Below, piece by piece: positions 27,798 through 36,800 of a DNA stretch of 42,648 nt. The stretch comes from Candidatus Latescibacterota bacterium (lineage in GTDB: Bacteria > Latescibacterota > UBA2968). How positions within the stretch are numbered: position 1 is the first letter of the stretch; each line of letters starts with the position of its first letter. The position numbers and the translations under genes are program-made. The DNA is taken from contig JAYODI010000052.1 in assembly GCA_038279365.1 (NCBI GenBank), positions 1 to 42,648 on the forward strand. Direction: 5' to 3'. The notes beneath the pieces were generated by a model. The model was not told the DNA's origin, searched no databases, and worked only from the letters and a program-made list of their open reading frames with translations.

Positions 27798-29765
27798 ATG
27801 CAAAAAACCCGTGCAATTGTTTTTGACTTAGACGGTACCCTATTTGACCTCAACCCCATCGTACAGGCAGCTCGAAAACGCGTTGCCAATTTTTTACACA
27901 CCCATGGTTTTTTCGCTTCCCCCAATTATGCCTTTAAACGCCTCAATACCCTTGAGCGCAAACACGGCCCTTATTATTCTTCTTCGCCCTATTATTTTGC
28001 GTTTTATGACATTGCCAAATCGCTTCAAAAAGACAAACCCGAAACCTTGAAAGCATTTTTTGAAAAACACATTTCAGATCCCGAGTTTGATCCCATTGAA
28101 GCATTTGTACACGAATTAGAGCACGTATATAATGCCGAAAATGTTGAGGCCATTACACCTTATCCAGATGCCCGTCAAACATTACGCGAATTGCGCAATG
28201 CAGGTTATCGCCTTTTTTTAATTACTTTAGGACGCTCCCAACGCCAACAAAATAAAATCGACCGCTTGGGCATTGCCCCCTATTTCGACCGCATCATCAA
28301 CGAAGGCCCCCCAGCCCATGACTATTGGCTCAATGAACTGTGCCAATCCACTCACTTCAAACCTGAAGAAATGGTTGTCGTTGGCGATCGTACCCACGAC
28401 GAAATTCGAGCGGGCAATCGTTTGGGATTTACAACCGTGTGGCTTCGCCGTGGGCGTTTTGCCGAAGAAGAACCCGCCATTGGTGAACGCCCTCACTATG
28501 AAATCCGTTATCTTGCCCAACTTTCCACCCTGTTACACCTTTCCCGCTTGGGCAAATCACCGGAAAGATTTCGAGTAGCCGTCATTGGAGGCGGAACAGG
28601 TTTGCCCACTGTTTTACGTGGTGTCAAACCTTATACCAAAAGCCCTACAGCCGTGGTTGCCGTCACCGACACCGGTGCATCCTCGGGTCGCATTCGCTGG
28701 AATTTGGGCGTGCAACCTCCAGGCGATATTCGCAACGCGCTCACCGCATTGGCCGATCCAGATCGCGTATCTCAAGGCCTATATCGGGTCTTCCATCACC
28801 GTTTTCCAAACAGCGAACAAGAATCTGGCATTTTTAAAAATGATCACATTGGCAATTTCTTAGTCGCCGCCTTAACACAGCAATTGGGCGATTTTAACGA
28901 TGCCATCCAAACAGCCAGTGAAATGCTCCATGTCAAAGGCACCATATTGCCATCGTGTTTGAGCAATGTAGACATTTGTGCCGAGCTTGAAGACGGCACC
29001 CACCGATATACCGAGTGGATGGTTAGAAAGCCAGGCAAACCCCCACTTAAACGCGCTTATTTGGTTGCCAATAACAATATCCTTTCAGAACTCAACCGCA
29101 AAAATGGGCCCCTGTACAGCATGATTGACGAGGCAACAGGTCAAGTTGAAGTGCATAACCATGCTGGGCGCAAAGTCAATTTGCCCCAAAACCAGGTACA
29201 AGCCCCATCTCAAGCGGTGCAAGCCATTCAAGATGCCGATGTTGTCATTATTGGCCCAGGAAGCCTTTATACAAGTGTCATCACCAATTTATTGGTGCCC
29301 GACATTCAAAAAGCCCTTCTCAACCGCCAAGAGGGCAAAACCATTTATGTGTGCAACATTGTTACCCAGCCCGGACAAGCCGATGATTTTGTTGCGTCAG
29401 ACCATTTACGGGCCATATTAAACCACTTTCCCGAAGATCAAAGGTATCGGGCCATTGACCATATGCTCGTACAAGACCCTCGCATCTTCCAAACACCCAA
29501 AAGTCGCCCTTGGCGACCACTCTTGCGGCAATATCAAAAAGATGGCAAAGTATTGGTTGAAGCCGATACAAACACCCTTGATGCCCTAATCCCTTGGACC
29601 CGCGCAGACTTTGTAGAAGAATTCCACCCCGATGTCATGGGCCGCGGCGTGGGTGATTTTATCAGCCATGATTCTGCCAAAGTAGCCGATGCCATTTGTC
29701 GCATCTATTGCGGCCTTCAGGTTCCTGACTATTGGGGGCTATCTGATGAATCTCAACAAGATTAA
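27798..29765 (+). CDS. HAD-family hydrolase fused to a YvcK/GlmR (UPF0052/CofD-like) domain
   Basis: N-term FDLDGTL...VVGDR..DE..AG..LG; C-term VIGGGTGL, V.VTDTGASSG, PPGDIRN, H..GN, GPGSLYTSV..NLLV, VCNI.TQPG. Confidence 0.88.
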   Translation: MQKTRAIVFDLDGTLFDLNPIVQAARKRVANFLHTHGFFASPNYAFKRLNTLERKHGPYYSSSPYYFAFYDIAKSLQKDKPETLKAFFEKHISDPEFDPIEAFVHELEHVYNAENVEAITPYPDARQTLRELRNAGYRLFLITLGRSQRQQNKIDRLGIAPYFDRIINEGPPAHDYWLNELCQSTHFKPEEMVVVGDRTHDEIRAGNRLGFTTVWLRRGRFAEEEPAIGERPHYEIRYLAQLSTLLHLSRLGKSPERFRVAVIGGGTGLPTVLRGVKPYTKSPTAVVAVTDTGASSGRIRWNLGVQPPGDIRNALTALADPDRVSQGLYRVFHHRFPNSEQESGIFKNDHIGNFLVAALTQQLGDFNDAIQTASEMLHVKGTILPSCLSNVDICAELEDGTHRYTEWMVRKPGKPPLKRAYLVANNNILSELNRKNGPLYSMIDEATGQVEVHNHAGRKVNLPQNQVQAPSQAVQAIQDADVVIIGPGSLYTSVITNLLVPDIQKALLNRQEGKTIYVCNIVTQPGQADDFVASDHLRAILNHFPEDQRYRAIDHMLVQDPRIFQTPKSRPWRPLLRQYQKDGKVLVEADTNTLDALIPWTRADFVEEFHPDVMGRGVGDFISHDSAKVADAICRIYCGLQVPDYWGLSDESQQD

Positions 29766-30453
29766 AGGCATTATATTCGATCTCGACGACACGCTCTTTG
29801 ATTGTACGGGGCAACTTACAGGAGCCGCACGCCATCGCGCAGCCGAAGTTTTCTCAAAAGCGTGCCCCCAATATCCCATCGCGTCTTGGGTTCAATGGCA
29901 AGAAACCCTGTCTCAATCTTTGGGGTCTTCGGGTGCACTGATTAAAATGGGCCAACAACACCATTTATCACCCGACCTTGTTGCACGTGCACGTGCAGCT
30001 TACAACCTCGACTTAGTCGAACACATCACACCATTTCCCGACACCCCCAAAACCCTCACCCAACTCGCTCAACGAGGCTATAAACTAACGCTGGTGACAT
30101 CTGGTCACCCAGTTAGACAACGTCAAAAAATTGAACGCCTGCAACTGACCCACCATTTTTCTGAAAAAAATGGCACGTTGGTACTCCACGACGATCAAAA
30201 AAGTTCAGACAAAACACCTTTTATCCAGCAAGCAGCCAACCACCTCAACCTTCCCAACCACACCATCCTTGCAGTGGGCGACAAATTGGATGCCGAGATA
30301 ACATCTGCCAACACATTGGGCATGACAACCGTACGCATGCGCCATGGTAGGCAAAAAGACCGATTGCCTCAAACACCCCAAGAACGGCCAGACATTGAAA
30401 TCACGCACTTAGAAGAACTCCTCCTTCTTTTGCCGCAAAAACCTCCCCATTAG
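29746..30453 (+). CDS. HAD-family hydrolase (paralog of the fused HAD domain)
   Basis: IFDLDDTL, LVTSG...RQ.QKI.RL, VGDK...EI..AN.LG.TTV....GR; ATG 29746 overlaps the upstream gene. Confidence 0.88.
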   Translation: MNLNKIKGIIFDLDDTLFDCTGQLTGAARHRAAEVFSKACPQYPIASWVQWQETLSQSLGSSGALIKMGQQHHLSPDLVARARAAYNLDLVEHITPFPDTPKTLTQLAQRGYKLTLVTSGHPVRQRQKIERLQLTHHFSEKNGTLVLHDDQKSSDKTPFIQQAANHLNLPNHTILAVGDKLDAEITSANTLGMTTVRMRHGRQKDRLPQTPQERPDIEITHLEELLLLLPQKPPH

Positions 30454-30555
30454 ACCAGCAATTGTTTTCATTGCGTGATCCAAATCACATAACACCCCAT
30501 TTGAAGAACGTATAATAGCATTGACACTTATCACAGACGCAGTCAAGCATCGTAG

Positions 30556-30647
30556 AAAAAGACGCATCGAAAGAGCCTGAAGTTGTGCCTTCGTCTCGGG
30601 GGAGAGCTTAAAAACGGCACTCAACCTCAACGCTTTCGATGCGTCCC
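30556..30647 (-). ncRNA. Candidate structured RNA: long interrupted hairpin ending in U5
   Basis: 13-bp terminal stem GACGCATCGAAAG (30561-30573)/CTTTCGATGCGTC (30633-30645); inner stems gain G-U pairs on the minus strand. Confidence 0.4.
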
Positions 30648-30670
30648 AACATTTACAGGAGTTATACCCT

Positions 30671-31060
30671 ATGACCAACATATTGGTCATCGACGACGAA
30701 CCCGCCGTTTGTGAACTCTTACAAACCATTCTCGAAGGCGCAGGATATGCGGTTCGCACGGCCACTTCGGCAAAACATTTGCCCGAATTATTATTGCCCA
30801 CACCCGACATCATTCTCCTTGATGTGTTGATGCCAGAGATCAATGGACTGGAATGTTTGCCACAAATTAAAACGCTTTCCCCCAACACGCAGGTGGTGGT
30901 CATCACGGGGGTTGATGATTATCGCATTGCCGACCTTTTTTATGAAGCTGGGGCGCATACATTTCTCACCAAACCCATTCGACACAACAACCTACTCGAT
31001 ACAATTAAACGTATCGAAGCGAGCCCCTCCCACCCCAAATCACCAGAAATTGACTTCTAA
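30671..31060 (+). CDS. Single-domain response regulator
   Basis: ILVIDDE, PDIILLDVLMP..NG, ITG, FLTKP; AGGAG RBS. Confidence 0.9.
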   Translation: MTNILVIDDEPAVCELLQTILEGAGYAVRTATSAKHLPELLLPTPDIILLDVLMPEINGLECLPQIKTLSPNTQVVVITGVDDYRIADLFYEAGAHTFLTKPIRHNNLLDTIKRIEASPSHPKSPEIDF

Positions 31061-31086
31061 GCAATAAAAACAACCGACATCATTCA

Positions 31087-31776
31087 TTAGAATAAATTGG
31101 CCTCCTTCATACTCAAAAAGCGCTCTCCACCAATAATGAGATGATCCAACACCTCTATGCCCATAATATCTCCCGCCTGAACCATCCGCCGAGTCAGTTC
31201 AATATCTTCCCGGCTCGGTGTCACATCGCCACTGGGATGATTATGTGCCAAAATCACGCTGGCAGCAGCAGAGCCAACCGCTGGGGCAAAAACTTCACGC
31301 GGGTGCACCAATGAGGCATTTAAGGATCCCACCGACACTTCTTCTCGGCAAATAACCTGATTGCGCGCATTGAGAAACAATGCAATAAAATGTTCCTTTC
31401 GCCGATCTTTGATGTCGGCCAGCATCACCGCACCATCGGCAGGACATGTAATGCTTGCCGCAATGCCCATACCTTGTTTTAAACCCCGCTTCGCCAACTC
31501 AAACCCCGCCACCAATCCCGCCGCTTTGGCACGACCAATTCCTTTTATTTGTGTCAACTGGTCAAATGCCAGGTTCATCAAATCTGCAATCGGGTGTTTT
31601 TTCAAAACATTTTGAGAAATATCCAAGACATTGCACCCTTCATATCCCGTACGCAACAAAACGGCCAACAATTCTTCATCTCTTAATGCCTCAGCCCCCA
31701 ACCGTTCCAACTTTTCCCGTGGCAAATCAACATCTGCAACACCCGCAATAACACCCCTACGTACAATACCATTCAC
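31087..31776 (-). CDS. radC: RadC (UPF0758, JAB domain) protein
   Basis: PREKL...GA..L.D.ELLA..LRTG, GIG.AKA, VHPREVF, AHNHPSGD..PS.ED, LDHLII; GTG 31776 after AAGGAGG. Confidence 0.95.
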   Translation of the reverse strand: MNGIVRRGVIAGVADVDLPREKLERLGAEALRDEELLAVLLRTGYEGCNVLDISQNVLKKHPIADLMNLAFDQLTQIKGIGRAKAAGLVAGFELAKRGLKQGMGIAASITCPADGAVMLADIKDRRKEHFIALFLNARNQVICREEVSVGSLNASLVHPREVFAPAVGSAAASVILAHNHPSGDVTPSREDIELTRRMVQAGDIMGIEVLDHLIIGGERFLSMKEANLF

Positions 31777-31940
31777 ATGAACCTCCTTTATGATTGACTC
31801 ACAAGGAAGGCAAAATGTGTTCCAAAGACATAAAAACACAAAAGCTCAAATAAAACAATATGATACATGCAATCGAAATCATGCGACACCTCCCCGAAAT
31901 AGAACAACCTGTTCAATTAAAAAACAAACTTTACCACATA

Positions 31941-31973
31941 AAAAAACCCCGATGAAATTTTCATCGGGGTTTT
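31941..31973 (-). terminator. Intrinsic terminator
   Basis: AAAAAACCCCGATGAAATTTTCATCGGGGTTTT. Confidence 0.8.
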
Positions 31974-32263
31974 AAATCAATTGTTTTTCTAAGGCTGCAT
32001 TATGTGCCCTTTGTTTTTCTAATTTGAGCTTATCTCGCTCCAAATAAGCGGCCAAGGCATAACGATCTTTTTTGAGTGCTTTTTCATCTCGTTCGCCCGC
32101 TTCTCGCTTTTGCACGACTTTTTTATATCGTTGATTTTGCTCATCACAAACCCGTTCAAGTTCACGCAGATTTTGATTTAATAGAGACATGTGTTTCCAG
32201 GGTACCATATTTTACCAAAATCACCAACACAAGCATCAACAATGTTACAAAGTCGAGAAACAT
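31972..32263 (-). pseudogene. Single-TM coiled-coil protein (type Y) interrupted by a +1 frameshift or sequencing error
   Basis: MFLDFVTLLMLVLVILVKYGT in one frame joins KHMSLLNQNLRELE... in another across GGTACCCTGGAAACAC (32191-32206). Confidence 0.65.
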
Positions 32264-32274
32264 CACCTGCTCCA

Positions 32275-32601
32275 TTATGAGGGCATCGGTAATCCACGTT
32301 TAAAAAACTCTTGCTTAATCGCTTGCTCGCGCGTTTGAGCGGCACGCATTTCCTGCTTTATTTCGGCCACAGCCAACTTGATTTCCGTTAATCCTATCTT
32401 TTCGTTTTCTACTTGTTCTTGCACAATTGCATCCAACTTGATTTCCGTTGCAATCGCATCTTCCAATTTGAGCGAACGTGCTTTTGCCCGGTCCATAAGT
32501 GGTTTTACCTTGGCAACAACCCCAATGTAGTTCATGATCGCTAAGATAATGTACAAAAATGATCCCAAAATAACACTGGCTTGCACCCACAGCATAACCA
32601 C
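32275..32601 (-). CDS. Single-TM coiled-coil hypothetical protein (type X)
   Basis: ILGSFLY..I..Y....V.P.M......LE..I..E aligns by eye with 19411-19758. Confidence 0.7.
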   Translation of the reverse strand: MVMLWVQASVILGSFLYIILAIMNYIGVVAKVKPLMDRAKARSLKLEDAIATEIKLDAIVQEQVENEKIGLTEIKLAVAEIKQEMRAAQTREQAIKQEFFKRGLPMPS

Positions 32602-32633
32602 ATTCTCCCAATCTATTAAATCATGGCATCTCT

Positions 32634-33218
32634 TTATCGCGCCAATTCGAATCGCCTGGAAACATCCTGAACCATTGCAAGCAACACCTTTTCATCCAAT
32701 CGCTCTCTGTAATTTGGATTCACATACAGATATTGAATGGTGCCATTGGGTGCCAACACAAATATGGATGGCACAGGCAATGCCCTTTCCGCTTTTTTAA
32801 AAGCGATACCAAAAGCCTTAGCTGCTTCAAAAGCCTGATCCGACAACAATGGAAATGTCAATTTACCAGCTTCACGCATTTCAACCAATTTATCGATAGA
32901 ATCTGGCGAAATGCCCACCAGTTGCAAACCGGCTTGATCAATTTGAGAAACGATTCCTTGCAGTTGTCCCAACTGCCGTCGACAATGGGGTCACCAGTGC
33001 CCCCGATAAAAAACCACAACCAATGGTTTTTGGCTATTTTCGACATTCAAATCAAAGTTTTTACCATCAGCATCTTGCAATACCAAAATCGGTAATTTTT
33101 GGCCCACCAACAACGGGCTTACCTGCTCTGGCACTGGTGCAAATCCCTCTTCGGCTTTTGCACCCCCACCCAAACAAATGGCCATCAACAACACCCAAAA
33201 CCACTTCATCTGCATCAT
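32634..33218 (-). CDS. Selenocysteine-containing peroxiredoxin-like (AhpC/TSA) protein with signal peptide
   Basis: Two track ORFs are in frame across TGA 32991-32993, giving VVFYRGHW-U-PHCRRQL (UxxC), then LVGISPD, FPLLSD, ALPVPSIFV, YVNPNYRER. Confidence 0.88.
32960..32976 (-). promoter_or_regulatory. Bacterial SECIS-like stem-loop
   Basis: GCAGTTG-GGA-CAACTGC begins 14 nt after the in-frame UGA; G opens the apical loop. Confidence 0.7.
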
Positions 33219-34642
33219 GCTCCTTTTCTTGCTTTTTTAGGTAAACGCATCGTAAAGGTTGTCCCCATTGCTTCTGAAGACGTGGCCCAAACCAGCCCAC
33301 CATGTGCTTCAATAAACAAGCGGGCAATGGTCGTTCCCAACCCTGTTCCTTTTTTATTTCGCTTTGTGGTATTGAACTTTTCAAAAATTGTATTGACGCG
33401 ATCTTCGGGAATAGGCTCTCCCCAGTTGTGTACAGAAATTTCTATGGCATCCTCAAAGTCGAGAAATTGAATCGTCACTTTTCCACCATCGTGCTCTAAG
33501 GCATTTTTGACCAAATTAGATATCGCACGTTGCAATTTTTGAGGATCGTGTAGAAATTTCAACTCTTTTACTTGAGATTGTTCGCCCCAAACCAACTCTG
33601 CCCGCCCACTTGCAGTCACATCTTCTTCACCTGCACCCAATACCGCATCTTGTATAGCATCCTGAATGGTTTGGATCACATCCACGTCAAAACAATGCAA
33701 CACAATCTCGCCATTTTCATATTGTGAAACTTCACGCGTCAAATCCAATAAACGTTCTAAGCGTTTGCCACCTTGATAAATAGCATCTAAATATTTGGCT
33801 ACCTTTGTGTTTTGCTGAACCTCGGCATAGTCTTCAATTAAAATTTGCGAAAAAGCCAATATCGGTGTCAATGGGCTTCGCAATTCGTGCCGAATAAAGG
33901 CATCCCATTCATCACGCAAATCTTGCATGCGTTTTTCCAATGCCTTACGCTCAGATATATCTATCGCAGATTCGATGAAGATGTGATCTTCACCACGAGA
34001 AAATATCCGAATGTGTGTTTCAACAGGTATTTGACGCCCTTCACGCCCTAACAAAACCATTTCACGACCACTGAGCGCCTCTCCCCCCACAGCTTCCAAT
34101 TCTTCACGAACCGTATCCCAACTCACGTCGTGAACAAAATCATACCCCCCACTTACAAGCTCACCATGCGCATAACCTGTTAAGTCACAGGCACGACGAT
34201 TCACTTGAAATAGTTCACCCGAGTCAGGGTCACCTATAAAAACCGCATCGGCAATACTCTCGAACAAATTTCGATATTCTTGTTCCAACCCTTTAATTTC
34301 ACGCAAATCGCGTAATCGCAATAAAAAAGAGGGCTCGTTACCCACAGTTTTTTGCACATCGAGCATCATAGGCAAACTGCGCCCCCCACCCACCACCTCT
34401 ACCTCCACTTCTGGCATCGTTGTTCCTTCAGCCGCACCAGACAACATCACTTCAAAACTTGCCTGATGGATATGAGGCAACATATCCTGAAAGCGCCCTC
34501 GCGGATCGGGTGCAAAGCCAAATATTTCGACAAACCGAGAGTTGGCAATCTGGATGACACCATCCATGTCAATTTGTAAAATGACATCGGGGACGGCATC
34601 AAATAAGGAGCGATAGAGAGACTCACTAAAAGGCATAATCAA
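33215..34642 (-). CDS. Cytoplasmic PAS-PAS sensor histidine kinase
   Basis: Two YR.LF...D PAS starts, HELRSPLT H-box, NLVKNA, GTGLGT, AHGG. Confidence 0.92.
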   Translation of the reverse strand: MIMPFSESLYRSLFDAVPDVILQIDMDGVIQIANSRFVEIFGFAPDPRGRFQDMLPHIHQASFEVMLSGAAEGTTMPEVEVEVVGGGRSLPMMLDVQKTVGNEPSFLLRLRDLREIKGLEQEYRNLFESIADAVFIGDPDSGELFQVNRRACDLTGYAHGELVSGGYDFVHDVSWDTVREELEAVGGEALSGREMVLLGREGRQIPVETHIRIFSRGEDHIFIESAIDISERKALEKRMQDLRDEWDAFIRHELRSPLTPILAFSQILIEDYAEVQQNTKVAKYLDAIYQGGKRLERLLDLTREVSQYENGEIVLHCFDVDVIQTIQDAIQDAVLGAGEEDVTASGRAELVWGEQSQVKELKFLHDPQKLQRAISNLVKNALEHDGGKVTIQFLDFEDAIEISVHNWGEPIPEDRVNTIFEKFNTTKRNKKGTGLGTTIARLFIEAHGGLVWATSSEAMGTTFTMRLPKKARKGA

Positions 34643-34648
34643 TACTCA

Positions 34649-35476
34649 TCACAAATACAACTCCGTCAAAGCACCCTGCAAATAGTCAAATGCCTCTTGA
34701 GGGGTATCGACAAAACGAAACAAGTTCAAATCTGCAGCGCTAATAACGCCCCACTTAGTCAACGCATCAAAATTGATAACTTCTTTCCAAAACTCAGATC
34801 CATATATCACCATAGGGATTTTTTTCTCAACTTTTCGCGTTTGCAACAAGGTCAACACTTCCATCAATTCGTCTAATGTGCCAAACCCACCCGGAAAAAT
34901 CACAACCGCTTTGGCCAAATAAACGAACCAAAGTTTGCGCATAAAAAAATAATGAAATTCGAAATTTAATTCATCTGTAATATAGGGGTTGTGGTGTTGC
35001 TCAAAGGGCAAGCTGATATTTAACCCAATAGACGGCCCGCCCGCTTTGGCAGCCCCCCGATTGGCCGCTTCCATAATGCCTGGCCCCCCCCCAGAGGAAA
35101 TAACAAATCGTCTCCCCCCCTTTAAACCTTGCGACCAAACGGTCATCAAACGAGCCAATTCTACGGCGTCTTCATAATATTGAGACAACTTGAGCCCAGC
35201 TTCAGCCAATGCCATTTCTTGCTTCAAGCGGGGGGTCTTGCGTTTGGCATTTCCAACCTTTTTTTCAACATCGCGCAGCCGCAAGCGGGCTTTTTGCCGA
35301 GACAAAATACGTGCAGAACCAAAAAACACAACGGTATCTTGTACGCCCATTTTTTCAAAACGATCTTTTGGCTCCATATATTCTGCTAAAATACGCAATG
35401 GACGCGCTGGGGCACTGTTGAGAAAGTCTAAATTTTTATATGCCTTTGGTGGCCAATCCTCTTTTTCAGACATCAT
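34649..35476 (-). CDS. LOG family (TIGR00730) nucleotide monophosphate nucleosidase
   Basis: FFGSAR, SGGGPGIMEAANRGA, FHYFFMRK, PGGFGTLDEL. Confidence 0.92.
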   Translation of the reverse strand: MMSEKEDWPPKAYKNLDFLNSAPARPLRILAEYMEPKDRFEKMGVQDTVVFFGSARILSRQKARLRLRDVEKKVGNAKRKTPRLKQEMALAEAGLKLSQYYEDAVELARLMTVWSQGLKGGRRFVISSGGGPGIMEAANRGAAKAGGPSIGLNISLPFEQHHNPYITDELNFEFHYFFMRKLWFVYLAKAVVIFPGGFGTLDELMEVLTLLQTRKVEKKIPMVIYGSEFWKEVINFDALTKWGVISAADLNLFRFVDTPQEAFDYLQGALTELYL

Positions 35477-35511
35477 CCTATCCTATCATTAAAAATGGAC
35501 CCTATTGGTCG

Positions 35512-35540
35512 ATTATACCCCGATACACATATGGTGTCAA
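35512..35540 (-). promoter_or_regulatory. Perfect consensus sigma70 promoter
   Basis: TTGACA-17 bp-TATAAT on the minus strand ahead of the LOG gene. Confidence 0.8.
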
Positions 35541-35708
35541 TATCTTTCTCTCTTTGCAATTTTAAGACTTTCTGCTTTCATCATAAAACAAAAAGTGATA
35601 CCATATACATTCATAAAGTCACACACGAAATGGGCAAACAACAAAATATCCCCACTCAGATGGGGTGTCTCCACAACCAACATCATTCTCTTTATCTAAA
35701 AGCTCTTC

Positions 35709-36797
35709 ATGACGACAATCATCACGTATTTGACATTAGGATTATGTGGGCTTTATATCCTTTTAACAGCATTGCTGTGCATAGGCCTCTTTCGACTGGC
35801 CCAACACACCCAGCATGCGCGACCATTCGTTAGCGTCATTATACCTGCCAAAAACGAAGAACACAACATCCTATCTTGCCTCAATGCACTCGCAACACAA
35901 ACTTATCCAGCTCATAAAATCGAAATCATTCTTGTTAATGATCGCTCTACAGATCATACCATAAAAAAAGCCCAATTGAGCAATCTGCCAAATCTTAAAG
36001 TGATCTCCATAGAACAACAAACGCATCTTTGTCCTAAAAAAAATGCCATACACCACGGCATTTTGGCAAGCTCTGGCGAAATTATATTGACCACCGATGC
36101 CGATTGTCGCCCAGAACAAGACTGGATAAGTAGCACCACACAATGTTTTACGCCTTCAATGGGGATGGTTTTGGGTTATGCACCTTTACTCTCTCCCACC
36201 CAATCGTTTCCCCCTTTCCTCAGCCTCCAAAGTTTGGTGGTTGCGGCCCTATCGGCAGGGGGGGCTGGCATTGGTTTTCCGCTCACGTGCACAGGTCGTA
36301 ATCTTGCCTATCGGCGCCAGGCCTATGATGCCGTAAACGGCTTTGCTGGTGTGGGGCACATAATTGGCGGAGATGATGTCTATCTTATGAACAAAATTGC
36401 TCAAACGCCCTACCAAATCGCTTTCAATCTCGCGCCCAGATCCAGTGTGCCATCTCTGGCCCATACCGACAGCCAATTTAATCGCCAACTGCGTTACCAA
36501 TCCAAATCATTGCACTACGGTCCCAGTGTCTTGCTTCCTGCCCTTGCGGTGTATATATTCCACCTTATATTCTTTTTGTTGCCCGTGTGGATCATCTATG
36601 CGCCCGCAACATTAGATCCCATATTCTATTGTTTTTTCGCAAAAGTAATGGTTGACGCCCTTTTTTTGGGTATTGCCGCCAAACGCTTTGGCTGTTTTCG
36701 CCAAATGATTTGGTTTCCAATGCTTGAAATATTACTCTTACCTTATGTTGTCATTATTTGCGCACTGGGCGCACTCTGGCCCACTAAATGGAAGTAA
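35709..36797 (+). CDS. Membrane glycosyltransferase family 2
   Basis: SVIIPAKNEE, VNDRSTD, TTDADC, GRNLAYRR, GGDD, QLRY; N- and C-terminal TM segments. Confidence 0.9.
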   Translation: MTTIITYLTLGLCGLYILLTALLCIGLFRLAQHTQHARPFVSVIIPAKNEEHNILSCLNALATQTYPAHKIEIILVNDRSTDHTIKKAQLSNLPNLKVISIEQQTHLCPKKNAIHHGILASSGEIILTTDADCRPEQDWISSTTQCFTPSMGMVLGYAPLLSPTQSFPPFLSLQSLVVAALSAGGAGIGFPLTCTGRNLAYRRQAYDAVNGFAGVGHIIGGDDVYLMNKIAQTPYQIAFNLAPRSSVPSLAHTDSQFNRQLRYQSKSLHYGPSVLLPALAVYIFHLIFFLLPVWIIYAPATLDPIFYCFFAKVMVDALFLGIAAKRFGCFRQMIWFPMLEILLLPYVVIICALGALWPTKWK

Positions 36798-36800
36798 ACC

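Noticed and set aside
30486-30505. CACATAACACCCCATTT resembling the left end of attC family B
   Set aside because: No matching L'/R' half downstream; likely chance.
31087-31776. radC as a mobile-element marker
   Set aside because: Full-length form with the N-terminal HhH region in a housekeeping context, not the short JAB-only type found on mobile elements.
35495-35708. ORFs in the divergent LOG/GT2 intergenic region
   Set aside because: No RBS or motifs; they overlap a consensus promoter, so the region is treated as regulatory DNA.
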